Shown: in pieces, positions 28,266-37,408 of the stretch
How the letters are laid out: each line of letters opens with the position of its first letter
Position numbering within the stretch: position 1 is the stretch's first letter
NCBI GenBank assembly: GCA_029287915.1
Contig: JARFQE010000029.1
Location: forward strand, 7,245 to 71,244
DNA length: 64,000 bases
Source of the DNA: Arenicellales bacterium
GTDB lineage: Bacteria; Pseudomonadota; Gammaproteobacteria; BMS3Bbin11
Direction of reading: 5' to 3'
Made by a program: the position numbers and the translations under genes
The notes under the pieces: generated by a model
Seen by the model: the letters and a program-made list of their open reading frames with translations, nothing else
Told to the model about the DNA's origin: nothing
Databases searched by the model: none

Positions 28266-29150
28266 TTACTGGGCACCAGTCAGGCGCTTAACAGCCTCGT
28301 TGTATTTTTTCTGGGTGTGTTTCACTATATCATCAGGGATGGTTGGTGCAGGAGCTGTTTTATCCCAGCCACTGTTTTCCAGCCAGTCGCGAATATACTG
28401 TTTGTCATAGCTGGCAGGGCTGATACCGGGCTGATAACTGTCTACCGGCCAGAAGCGAGATGAATCAGGGGTCAGGTCCTCATCAATCAGGAATAGCTGC
28501 CCTTGATCATCAAGGCCAAACTCGAATTTTGTATCAGCAATAATGATACCGCGCTGCAGGGCGTAGTCACTTGCATATCGGTAGAGCAACAGGCTCATGT
28601 CTCTGATCTGTTCAGCTCTTTCCTGACCTATCTGACGGACCAGGGCCTCAAAGCTGATGTTTTCATCATGTTTGCCTTTGGCCGCTTTAGTTGATGGAGT
28701 AAACAGGGCATCAGGTAATTTGTCTGCCAGCTGCAGGCCCTCGGGCAGTGAGATTCCACAGATGCTCTTTGTTTTCTGATATTCTTTCCAGCCAGATCCC
28801 ACCAGATAACCACGCACTATAGCTTCAACCGGTATCACTTCGAGGTCTCTGACGATCATACTGCGCCCCTGTAACCAGTCCATTTCAGCCTCAGTAAGCG
28901 GTAGACTGGAAATATCTGTAGTGAGCAGATGATTGGGGATGATGTGACGCGTTTGCTCAAACCAGAATTCAGTGATTCTGGTTAGAATGCGCCCCTTGCC
29001 TGGAATCAACGTCGGCATAATGACATCGAATGCTGAAAGGCGGTCGCTGGCGACGAATAACAGGCGCTCATTATCAATGCGATAGATATCTCTGACCTTG
29101 CCGCTGGCAATATGTTCTAGGCTGGTGATTCGTGCTGAATTATCGGGCAT
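28266..29150 (-). CDS. purC: SAICAR synthetase
   Basis: SGKVRDIY, SDRLSAFD, IIIADTKFEFG, TPDSSRFW, DKQYIRDWL. Confidence 0.95.
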   Translation of the reverse strand: MPDNSARITSLEHIASGKVRDIYRIDNERLLFVASDRLSAFDVIMPTLIPGKGRILTRITEFWFEQTRHIIPNHLLTTDISSLPLTEAEMDWLQGRSMIVRDLEVIPVEAIVRGYLVGSGWKEYQKTKSICGISLPEGLQLADKLPDALFTPSTKAAKGKHDENISFEALVRQIGQERAEQIRDMSLLLYRYASDYALQRGIIIADTKFEFGLDDQGQLFLIDEDLTPDSSRFWPVDSYQPGISPASYDKQYIRDWLENSGWDKTAPAPTIPDDIVKHTQKKYNEAVKRLTGAQ

Positions 29151-29394
29151 TAATATAAATGGTTTGAATAGGATCTCTGTTGAATTTCCACGACAGTGTT
29201 TGTGTGCTTTCTATGTCTATAATTCAGGGCCTAATTTATTAGAACAATTGGGCATATTGAACGAATGAGTGAAGAATTTACAGTTGCAATGATCCACTAT
29301 CATTACATTTTTGGACAGTTTAATCTTCTTATCACAAAGTGTAGACCTTTTTAAATGGTATAAATATGGTCTTCTGGTGTCTGTAATTCTGTTC

Positions 29395-29769
29395 TTATTC
29401 GCTATGTGCATGCTCGATGTGCTGGTGAATAAAATCACGAATGAAATGCATCGGGCGCGCGCTGCTAAAATGGTCGATGGCTTCGCCATCTCGAAACAGT
29501 ATGACGGTGGGGAACCCACGTACATTATAGCGACCGGCAAGTTTCATGTTTTCACCTTCGTCAACTTCTACTTTTACCAGCTTCACACGACCCTGTTGTT
29601 GTTCTACTGCCTTTATCAGATTGGGTGCAAGAACATGGCAGGGGGAGCACCATTCTGCCCAGAAATCGACCAGCACCGGTGTAGTATGTGAATGATTTAT
29701 CACCTTTTCATCGAAATCTGCCAGATTACTGTCACTGACGTATGGATGGGCTGGTTTGTGGCTATGCAT
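29395..29769 (-). CDS. Thioredoxin family protein
   Basis: VLVDFWAEWCSPC, VRGFPTVILF. Confidence 0.9.
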   Translation of the reverse strand: MHSHKPAHPYVSDSNLADFDEKVINHSHTTPVLVDFWAEWCSPCHVLAPNLIKAVEQQQGRVKLVKVEVDEGENMKLAGRYNVRGFPTVILFRDGEAIDHFSSARPMHFIRDFIHQHIEHAHSE

Positions 29770-29827
29770 ATCGGTATCCCTGTGGTTTTTTCAAAGTGAA
29801 GTTTGATTTGAGAGGCTATCAAGGCGT

Positions 29828-31117
29828 TCAGGCCTGTGAAAAAACGATTTTACCTGCATGTAAGGTACTGGTGACGCGGCCTTTTAGTGGCCAGTTTTTG
29901 AACGGAGTATTATGGCCCTTGCTAAGGAGCTTTGTATTGTCTAGCAACCATTCAACATCAGGATCAAATACACAGATATCAGCTCGGCAGCCTGTACCTA
30001 AGGTGCCGGCCTCAATATTAAGCAGACTGGCGGGACCCGAGCTTAAGCTGGCGATTAATGTGTCAAGATCCAGGACTCCTTCATCAACCAGCTTCAAACC
30101 CAGCGGCAACAGAGTTTCAAGTCCCGAGATGCCGGGTTCTGCATCACTGAAGGCAGCGAGTTTGGCATCCTTCTCATGCGGTTGATGATCTGAGCATATG
30201 GCCTGGATATGCCCTGAAACTATGGCTTCACGCAAGCGGTCTTTATCTCTTTCCGATCTTAGCGGCGGCATGACACGGCAAAAGGTATTGAATTTGCCGA
30301 CATCATAATCAGTAAGATGAAGATGATGAATAGCTACATCAGCGGAAATACTAAGACCACGTTCACGGGCCTGTACAATCAGATCAACAGATCGTGCAGA
30401 TGAAACACGTGCAAAATGTGCCCTTACCCCGGTTTGTTCGATGAGTGCCAGGTCGCGTGCGATAATAGCAGTTTCAGCTGCTTCAGGAATACCAGCTAAT
30501 CCCAGCCGGGTACTGATCTCACCCTCGTGCATGCAGCCGCCATCGCTTAACCAAGGGTCATTCGCTTGCAGGATGACCAGCAGGTCAAAGCTAGAGGCAT
30601 ATTCCATTGCGCGGCGCATGACCATGGTATTGGTAATTGGACTCTCTGCATTACAGAATGCGACACAGCCTGCCTCATGTAGGGCATGCATATCTGACAG
30701 AGTTTCGCCTTGCAGACCAGTGGTCAGTGCACCAATCGGCAAAATCTGAGTCGAACCAATTTCAGCAGCACGATGTGTCAGCATATTTGCCATCGCCGGC
30801 GAGTCGATAATTGGTATAGTGTCAGGTGGGCAACAGCAGGTGGTAATGCCGCCGGCCGCCGCAGCGGCACATTCACTCTTCAGTGTAGCCTTGTATTCGA
30901 GCCCCGGTTCACGCATGCGTACACTGAGATCAACCAGGCCCGGGCACACAATTTGATTCTCTGCATCGATGCTTTCATCAGCAGTGAAACCGTCTGGCAT
31001 CTTGCCTCGGGCAATTATTTTTCCTTGGCTAATATACAGATCCTCGACACTATCAACATTATTGGCCGGGTCAATGATGCGCCCGCCATATATATGTATA
31101 TTCATCTGTTCAGACAT
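29828..31117 (-). CDS. pyrC': Dihydroorotase-like protein, probably the inactive PyrC' partner of ATCase
   Basis: Amidohydrolase fold with [10 protein letters not shown] in place of D.H.H.REPG; SDHQPH retained; follows pyrB. Start uncertain (31129/31117/31105). Confidence 0.85.
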   Translation of the reverse strand: MSEQMNIHIYGGRIIDPANNVDSVEDLYISQGKIIARGKMPDGFTADESIDAENQIVCPGLVDLSVRMREPGLEYKATLKSECAAAAAGGITTCCCPPDTIPIIDSPAMANMLTHRAAEIGSTQILPIGALTTGLQGETLSDMHALHEAGCVAFCNAESPITNTMVMRRAMEYASSFDLLVILQANDPWLSDGGCMHEGEISTRLGLAGIPEAAETAIIARDLALIEQTGVRAHFARVSSARSVDLIVQARERGLSISADVAIHHLHLTDYDVGKFNTFCRVMPPLRSERDKDRLREAIVSGHIQAICSDHQPHEKDAKLAAFSDAEPGISGLETLLPLGLKLVDEGVLDLDTLIASLSSGPASLLNIEAGTLGTGCRADICVFDPDVEWLLDNTKLLSKGHNTPFKNWPLKGRVTSTLHAGKIVFSQA

Positions 31118-32072
31118 CACTTGCTCCACCCAGGGTCATCGCCATCACTGCCATGCGGACAGCAATGCCGTTGGTGACCTGTGGCAGAATCACTGAGCGT
31201 GGGCCATCTGCAACCTCGGATGATATTTCCAGGCCTCGATTGATCGGTCCGGGATGCATGATGATGGCATCATCAGCTGCGGCAGCAAGGCTATCAGTGG
31301 TCAAGCCGTAGAGATTGAAATATTCCTGTTCGCTGGGGATATAGGCATTATGCATGCGTTCCTTCTGCAGCCTCAGCATGATTATTACATCAACTCCGTC
31401 AAGGCCCTGCAGAAGATCGGTATAGGTATGTACGCCCAGACGCTCAATCTGAGCTGGCAGCAGGCTGTTGGGCGCCACGACACGGATTTCGTGAACACCT
31501 AGACTGTTCAGTGCGTGAATTTGTGATCGTGCAACTCGTGAGTGCAGTATATCGCCGACAATCGTGACTCGGAGTTCATGGAATGAACCCTTGTATTGTC
31601 GGATAGTGAACATGTCCAGCATGGCCTGAGTTGGGTGAGCATGCTGACCGTCACCGGCATTAATGATATGTACATGATCTGGAACGTGCTGTGCTATCAG
31701 TTCGGCAACGCCACTTTTTGCATGCCGGATAATAAACAGGTCAGTATGCATGGCCTCAAGGATATCAACTGTATCCAGTAGTGTTTCACCCTTGCTGGTA
31801 GAGGAAGTATCTGGATTCAAATTGATGACATCAGCAGACAGTCGTTTTGCGGCAATTTCAAATGTAGTGCGTGTCCGACTGCTGTTCTCGAAAAAAAGAT
31901 TAACTACAGTATGACCACGTAATAATGGTAACTTCTTAATCTCGCGCTGACCAAATTGAGTGAACTTGTCAGCAGTGGACAGTATTTGTTCAAGTGTTTC
32001 CTTGCGCAGGTCTTCAATAGTTAGGAAATGGCGAAGTTTGCCATTGTCTGTATACTGGAGATCCCTGCTCAC
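31110..32072 (-). CDS. pyrB: Aspartate carbamoyltransferase catalytic subunit
   Basis: [47 protein letters not shown]. Confidence 0.96.
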   Translation of the reverse strand: MSRDLQYTDNGKLRHFLTIEDLRKETLEQILSTADKFTQFGQREIKKLPLLRGHTVVNLFFENSSRTRTTFEIAAKRLSADVINLNPDTSSTSKGETLLDTVDILEAMHTDLFIIRHAKSGVAELIAQHVPDHVHIINAGDGQHAHPTQAMLDMFTIRQYKGSFHELRVTIVGDILHSRVARSQIHALNSLGVHEIRVVAPNSLLPAQIERLGVHTYTDLLQGLDGVDVIIMLRLQKERMHNAYIPSEQEYFNLYGLTTDSLAAAADDAIIMHPGPINRGLEISSEVADGPRSVILPQVTNGIAVRMAVMAMTLGGASDV

Positions 32073-32587
32073 GATTTACTGTCCTCTATCAGTAGTGATA
32101 GATTTTCAGGGCCGCTGAGTTTTACATGTTGCTCCGGCCTCAATTCCAGATTCATGCCACAGTAATCAGCCTGGATTGGAAGCTCGCGCCCATTTCGCTC
32201 GACCAGCACACAGAGTTTGATTGATGCAGGTCGTCCATAATCAAAGATTTCGTTCATTGCTGCGCGAATGGTGCGACCGGTGTGCAGGACATCATCAACC
32301 AGCAGTATCTGTCGCTCACTAACATCCCGCGGCAGGTCTGAAGCCTTGACCTGGGGATTGAGTCCTATACGGCTGAAGTCATCGCGATAGAAACTGATGT
32401 CCAGGCTTCCACAGGCTTCATTAATAGCCAGTCGATGGTGCAGTATTTCTGCCAGCCACGAGCCACCGGTATGAATACCAATGATAAGAGGATTGTTCGG
32501 CAGCAGCGGGGTAAGTTCAGTGGCCAGTTTGTCCAGCAGAGTGGAAACTTCGACATCAATCTTCTTTGTCATTGCTGGCCAGTCCAT
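32069..32587 (-). CDS. pyrR: PyrR / uracil phosphoribosyltransferase-like protein
   Basis: [33 protein letters not shown]. Confidence 0.92.
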   Translation of the reverse strand: MDWPAMTKKIDVEVSTLLDKLATELTPLLPNNPLIIGIHTGGSWLAEILHHRLAINEACGSLDISFYRDDFSRIGLNPQVKASDLPRDVSERQILLVDDVLHTGRTIRAAMNEIFDYGRPASIKLCVLVERNGRELPIQADYCGMNLELRPEQHVKLSGPENLSLLIEDSKS

Positions 32588-32993
32588 TCAAGAAGGTTTG
32601 CAGGATCTCGCGTGCTGCATAGCTGTCAACAAGACCCTTCGAGCGTCTGTTATTATAGCCTGCCTCGCGTATTTCAGATAGTGCCGTATGTGTGCTTAGC
32701 CTTTCATCAACATGATGTACCTTTAACTGGTAACGCCCATGCAGGCGGTTGCCAAATCGCTTTGCCTTTGGGGTAACCGGATTTTCGCTTTCATCCATCT
32801 GGATTGGCCAGCCTACAACCAGTGCATCAGGCTGCCATTCTTCTATCAGGTGCGTGATGTGATCCCAGTCTGGCTGTTCGTTTTTAACAGTGATGGTGTC
32901 CAGTGCTGTTGCGCTACCAGAAACTGTATTACCAACCGCTACCCCGATCCGTTTAGTGCCATAGTCGAATCCAAGGTAAGTCGCCGATTTCAT
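32556..32993 (-). CDS. ruvX: Pre-16S rRNA nuclease / resolvase-like YqgF
   Basis: LGFDYGTKRIGVAVG, VVGWP, DERLST, VDSYAA. Confidence 0.95.
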   Translation of the reverse strand: MKSATYLGFDYGTKRIGVAVGNTVSGSATALDTITVKNEQPDWDHITHLIEEWQPDALVVGWPIQMDESENPVTPKAKRFGNRLHGRYQLKVHHVDERLSTHTALSEIREAGYNNRRSKGLVDSYAAREILQTFLNGLASNDKED

Positions 32994-33541
32994 GCCTTGC
33001 CAGAATAATAAGACATTTTGCTGAGATCTATTCCAGCCAGGCTGGCTGCAGCATTCCAGCGTCTGTCCTCGGAGGTGTTGAAGATCACCTCATTGTCTGC
33101 TGCGGCGTAGACCCAGGCGTTTTCCGACATTTCGTTCTCAAGCTGGGAAGGACCCCATCCGGCACAACCCAGCGCAAGTAAATAGTGACCCGGCTCTTGA
33201 CCTTCTTCTAGTGCGTCAAGAAAGTCGGCAGATGTCGTCAGGTATAGATTATTGTTTATCTGAATTGTGTTGTTCCACTGCAGGCTGTCATGCAGTACAA
33301 AGAGGTGTTCCTGCCTGACCGGTCCCCCATGCCATACTGAATGGCTTGGATGTAATAGCTTATCGGTGGCTAATCCGGCATTACTGAATAATTCCGCCAC
33401 AGTTAAATCAAGAGCTTGATTTATTACAATCCCCATTGCTCCTTCTTCATCATGGTGGCAGATGAGCGTCACGCTGTGGCCAAAGTTTTCGTCATCAAGG
33501 CCGGGCATGGCGATAAGAAAATGATTAGCGAGTGATTTCAC
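32990..33541 (-). CDS. yqgE: YqgE/AlgH family protein
   Basis: HFLIAMP, GAMGIVIN, GGPV, GCAGW..QLENE. Start placed at GTG 33541 (GTGA overlap with the tonB stop); the ORF track start is 33577. Confidence 0.92.
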   Translation of the reverse strand: MKSLANHFLIAMPGLDDENFGHSVTLICHHDEEGAMGIVINQALDLTVAELFSNAGLATDKLLHPSHSVWHGGPVRQEHLFVLHDSLQWNNTIQINNNLYLTTSADFLDALEEGQEPGHYLLALGCAGWGPSQLENEMSENAWVYAAADNEVIFNTSEDRRWNAAASLAGIDLSKMSYYSGKA

Positions 33542-34428
33542 TGGCTTGTCAGCCTGTCCCCATGCTGGAATTTCCATGTCCGGGTGATATGAATAATATC
33601 GACCTCATCACGAAAGTTCTTCGGGAAAGGGGCGTACGGCGATGCCAGGCGTACGATTCGAATTGCTGCATCATCCAGTGCCTTGTGTCGTGAGCTACGT
33701 ATGACATTTATGTTATCCAGCTTGCCATCCGGAAGAATGGCGACATCCAGTACCAGGCTGCCGGTGAGGTTGCGACGCTTGGCCTCTTCAGGATAATTCA
33801 GGTTGCCGATGCGCTCGACTTTGGCACGCCAGGCATCCATATAAGATGCAAATTTATATTCACGTGTGCGTGCCGTTAGAAATTTCTTCCTCGGCCGTTT
33901 CTGGTAGTTTTGCTGTTGCAATGATATTTCAGCCATTAAGCGTTCACGTTCGCTATTAAGGTTTATCGGCTGCGGCAGACCTATCAATGGTTTTTGCTGT
34001 GGTGTTTTCTTTTTCTTCTTTTCAAGCGGCTGGGATATCGGCTTCTTCTTACTTGATTCAGCCACCAGTACCTTGTCAATATGAGTGATGCGGCTTTCAC
34101 TAGCCTTGCTTTCTGGTCGTAACTTTGGCTGTGGCTGTGCTTGTTTGCCTGTCCCTGGTAATGGAGTTTTAGCTCGTAATTGTTTTTCAGTATCACCACC
34201 GCCCTGTTGGCTGGCATTGGCAAGAAATTCTGCATCATCAGGCGTTTCCTGTGCATGCGTCTGTACCAGTGTGATTTCGAGCTGTGGAGGGTCGTCGTTG
34301 ATTCGCTTTTTTGGTAGCGAGAATGTGATACCAAGTATCAGGACGATATGTAACAGTGCTGCACCAACCAGAGTAATACCAAGGTCACTGCTGTTGTCCT
34401 GGTCACTGAATATATCGGCGTAGCTCAT
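33538..34428 (-). CDS. TonB family energy transducer (TonB3-like)
   Basis: N-terminal TM, Pro/Lys linker, YMDAWRAKVERIGNLNYP, DDAAIRIVRLASPYAPFP, ITRTW; Pseudomonas-like synteny. Confidence 0.85.
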   Translation of the reverse strand: MSYADIFSDQDNSSDLGITLVGAALLHIVLILGITFSLPKKRINDDPPQLEITLVQTHAQETPDDAEFLANASQQGGGDTEKQLRAKTPLPGTGKQAQPQPKLRPESKASESRITHIDKVLVAESSKKKPISQPLEKKKKKTPQQKPLIGLPQPINLNSERERLMAEISLQQQNYQKRPRKKFLTARTREYKFASYMDAWRAKVERIGNLNYPEEAKRRNLTGSLVLDVAILPDGKLDNINVIRSSRHKALDDAAIRIVRLASPYAPFPKNFRDEVDIIHITRTWKFQHGDRLTSQ

Positions 34429-34940
34429 AGGGTTCTTGAGAGTCTATTTTCAATCGAGGAGGTAATTATAGCGTTAAATATGCCAAAAAGAATGCCTGCT
34501 GTTATCAGTACAGGCGTCAATACAAGTATTCCGGAATGGGGTATGAAGAGCCACCAGGCGACTAATAGCTGAGCCATGACATGAGAAACGCCGGCCGTTA
34601 TACTCACTCCCAGTAGTCCAACCCAGCGGCGCATTACAGTCCATAGCACCCACATTGATAGCAGACTGGCAAGCGCTCCACTGAGGCTGAGAAAAAAGGT
34701 GGGTGACATGAATGTTCCCATCAACAGGCTACCTGCTGTCACGCGCAATAGACTAACCCAGGCAGCGAATCGCCAGCCGTAGCGGAAAAGCACAAGTAGA
34801 GTGATGATATTTGCCAGGCCCGGTTTGATGCCAGGAACAGGGCTGGGAAAGCCACTTTCCAGCACGTGGATGGCGATCGCCAGTGCTGCAAATGAAGCAA
34901 TTTTCCTGTCTTCCTCAGTAATTTCTATATTTTTTTCCAA
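34425..34940 (-). CDS. Gx transporter family protein (heptaprenyl diphosphate synthase component I-like)
   Basis: LE...P.P.PG.KPGLANI.TL, F.LSL.G, GVSITAG..H...QL; TTG start. Confidence 0.85.
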   Translation of the reverse strand: MEKNIEITEEDRKIASFAALAIAIHVLESGFPSPVPGIKPGLANIITLLVLFRYGWRFAAWVSLLRVTAGSLLMGTFMSPTFFLSLSGALASLLSMWVLWTVMRRWVGLLGVSITAGVSHVMAQLLVAWWLFIPHSGILVLTPVLITAGILFGIFNAIITSSIENRLSRTL

Positions 34941-35022
34941 TGAAAAAAGGTATCAGTTTTCATTTTCAGCTTTCGATATTTTATGTTCTGCACACAGAAA
35001 ACCGAAAACTGAAAGCTCGTTA

Positions 35023-35391
35023 TTAAAAATTTATACCATCAAAGCGATCTTGTTCTGCCAGCAGTGATATGCTTACCCTGTTTGGCAGGCATACAATATG
35101 GTCGCCACTGTGCTGATGCCAGCCACTCAATATACAAACCTTGCCACTGCAGGGTGAGTTGGTGAAGCGTACTTTCCCATCTCGTATTTCTATGACACTA
35201 TGACCGAGCTCTCCTGCTACATTTATCTGGGTTTGTTGCTTAATCGAATAAGTGGTGGGGGAGGCATCGGCAACAGTTATTTCTATCGCGCTCGTCTCTG
35301 CTGACGGATGGTCTATCAGTGACCATGACAATGGTATCAGTAGCAGAGAGAAAATTAATACCAGCCAGTCACCAGGTTTCATTTCTATCAT
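35023..35391 (-). CDS. NusG domain II-containing protein (DUF1312)
   Basis: N-terminal TM; G.LG.S.IEI.DG.VRF..SPC..KVC...GW......IVCLPNRV. Confidence 0.88.
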   Translation of the reverse strand: MIEMKPGDWLVLIFSLLLIPLSWSLIDHPSAETSAIEITVADASPTTYSIKQQTQINVAGELGHSVIEIRDGKVRFTNSPCSGKVCILSGWHQHSGDHIVCLPNRVSISLLAEQDRFDGINF

Positions 35392-35417
35392 GATCTCTCC
35401 ACAAATGACCTGTAAGT

Positions 35418-36455
35418 TCAGGGGTCAGTGATAATAACGCTAGTTTCATCTACAGCAGGTTCAAACTTAATCCGTTTATGCATTGATGGGCTCATTATGA
35501 TCCGGCCCTGTTTATCGACCATCATTACATCACGCACCCCCATCTTTTTTGCAATTTCCTGCCAGCCATCCGGGCCTGCAATAAACAGGGCAGTACTTGC
35601 TGCGTCAGCAATCGCACCATCGAGGTGAAGGACAGTGACCGAAGTGACCTTGTCGGCAGGGTAGCCACTGCGGGGATCAATGATATGGTGGTAGCGTTTG
35701 CCGTTATGGTTATAGTAGCGCTCATAATCACCAGAGGTGAAAACACATTCTTCATTTTCCAGTTCAATACTTGCCATGATACCTTCACCAGATGGATTGC
35801 GTATGCCAATTCGCCAGGGTCTTTCCCCCTGATTGCCGATTCCGCATAGATCGCCACCTGCATTGATCAGGGCATGATTTAAGCCCTGGTCACGAAGCTT
35901 GTTAATACCAGCTGATACCGCATAGCCCTTTGCTATTGCACCAAGGTCCAGTTTAAGGTGAGGATTTCGGCCGCGCATTTTATCACCATCAATGTCTATA
36001 TCTAACACCGCTGGCAGATCTGCCAGAAGACTGTCAATTTTTGCTTCGGTGGGCGGTAATCGGGGTAGTTCAGATGCCTGAAAACCCCACGCCTGGATCA
36101 GCTCTCCAATAGCAGGGTTGAATAAACCGTTGCTCCGCAGGGAGTATTGCTTCGACAGTTTAATAATATCCTGCACTGCCTTGTCAGCAGTAAACCATTC
36201 TCCTGTAGCGAGCATGGCGCTGGTCTGCGTGAGTTTGCCCGCTTCCCAGGCATGCCAGTCGCTATGCATTTCATCAAAATCAGAAAATAGACTTGCACTT
36301 GCGCGGTCGGCCAGGGCCTTATCATCGCTGCGGATTTTTATTTCAATTAGTGTACCAAATGCAAATGACTGGTAACGATTGAGGTTCTGCTTTTCGCAGG
36401 CTGCGAGCAAAACTACCAGGGCGAGAATAAACAGCGAGGTCTGTAAGCATCTCAT
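35418..36455 (-). CDS. apbE: FAD:protein FMN transferase lipoprotein
   Basis: LAAC lipobox, DLGAIAKG, NAGGD, TSGDYER, YHHIIDPRSGYP, ADAASTA. Confidence 0.93.
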   Translation of the reverse strand: MRCLQTSLFILALVVLLAACEKQNLNRYQSFAFGTLIEIKIRSDDKALADRASASLFSDFDEMHSDWHAWEAGKLTQTSAMLATGEWFTADKAVQDIIKLSKQYSLRSNGLFNPAIGELIQAWGFQASELPRLPPTEAKIDSLLADLPAVLDIDIDGDKMRGRNPHLKLDLGAIAKGYAVSAGINKLRDQGLNHALINAGGDLCGIGNQGERPWRIGIRNPSGEGIMASIELENEECVFTSGDYERYYNHNGKRYHHIIDPRSGYPADKVTSVTVLHLDGAIADAASTALFIAGPDGWQEIAKKMGVRDVMMVDKQGRIIMSPSMHKRIKFEPAVDETSVIITDP

Positions 36456-37408
36456 GCAGATAATCGCAGCTCAATGGCATCCATTAAATCGCCAGCGATA
36501 TCGAGTCCGTACTGTTTGTCCAGTTCCCGTATGCATGTCGGGCTGGTGACATTGATTTCAGTCAGGTAGTCACCAATTACATCCAGACCAGCAAAGAGTA
36601 TGCCTTTTTCTTTTAGTACAGGGGCAACCTGCTTGCTAATCCAGACATCACGCTCACTTAAAGCGATGCCTTTGCCGGTGCCACCGGCAGCAAGGTTGCC
36701 GCGTGTTTCTCCCGCTTTAGGAACACGTGCCAGCGCATATGGAACAGCCTTGCCATCTACCATCAATATGCGTTTATCCCCTTCGCTAATTTCAGGAATA
36801 AAACTTTGAGCCATGACGGAAGTAGTTCCATCACGCGTCAGTGTCTCTATGATGACCCCTTTGTTTGGGTCGTCGCTCTGTACCCGGAAAACTGATGCGC
36901 CACCCATGCCATCAAGGGGTTTGAAAATACAGTCACCATGATCACGGATGAACTGCCTCAGTAACTCAGCGGAGCGAGTAACCAGAGTGGGCGGGGCACA
37001 TTGCGGAAACCAGGTGGTGAAAAATTTTTCATTACAATCACGCAGGCTTTGTGGCTTGTTTACAATCAGCGTGCCCCTTAGCTCAGCTAATTCCAGCTTA
37101 TAGGTGGTGTAGATATATTCCAGATCAAAAGGTGGGTCCTTTCGCATCAAAATGGCATGGCATTCTGATAATTCATGGGTAGTCGCTTGCGAAAGCTCCA
37201 GCCATGGGTCCTGTCCAGGCAGTAATGTGACTACTCTGCTTTCTGCGTAGACCTTGCCATTACTTGCGTACAGGTTAGACTGTTGCATGTAGCGAACCTG
37301 CCAGCCACGGTTTTGTGCTGCCAGGATCATTGCCCATGTACTGTCTTTAGTAATATTGATCTTCTCAATCGGGTCCATTATGACACCGATAACGATTGGC
37401 TTGCTCAT
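36452..37408 (-). CDS. gshB: Glutathione synthetase
   Basis: MRKDPPFD, KPLDGMGG, GDKRI, RGNLAAGG, EINVTSPT. Confidence 0.97.
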   Translation of the reverse strand: MSKPIVIGVIMDPIEKINITKDSTWAMILAAQNRGWQVRYMQQSNLYASNGKVYAESRVVTLLPGQDPWLELSQATTHELSECHAILMRKDPPFDLEYIYTTYKLELAELRGTLIVNKPQSLRDCNEKFFTTWFPQCAPPTLVTRSAELLRQFIRDHGDCIFKPLDGMGGASVFRVQSDDPNKGVIIETLTRDGTTSVMAQSFIPEISEGDKRILMVDGKAVPYALARVPKAGETRGNLAAGGTGKGIALSERDVWISKQVAPVLKEKGILFAGLDVIGDYLTEINVTSPTCIRELDKQYGLDIAGDLMDAIELRLSA

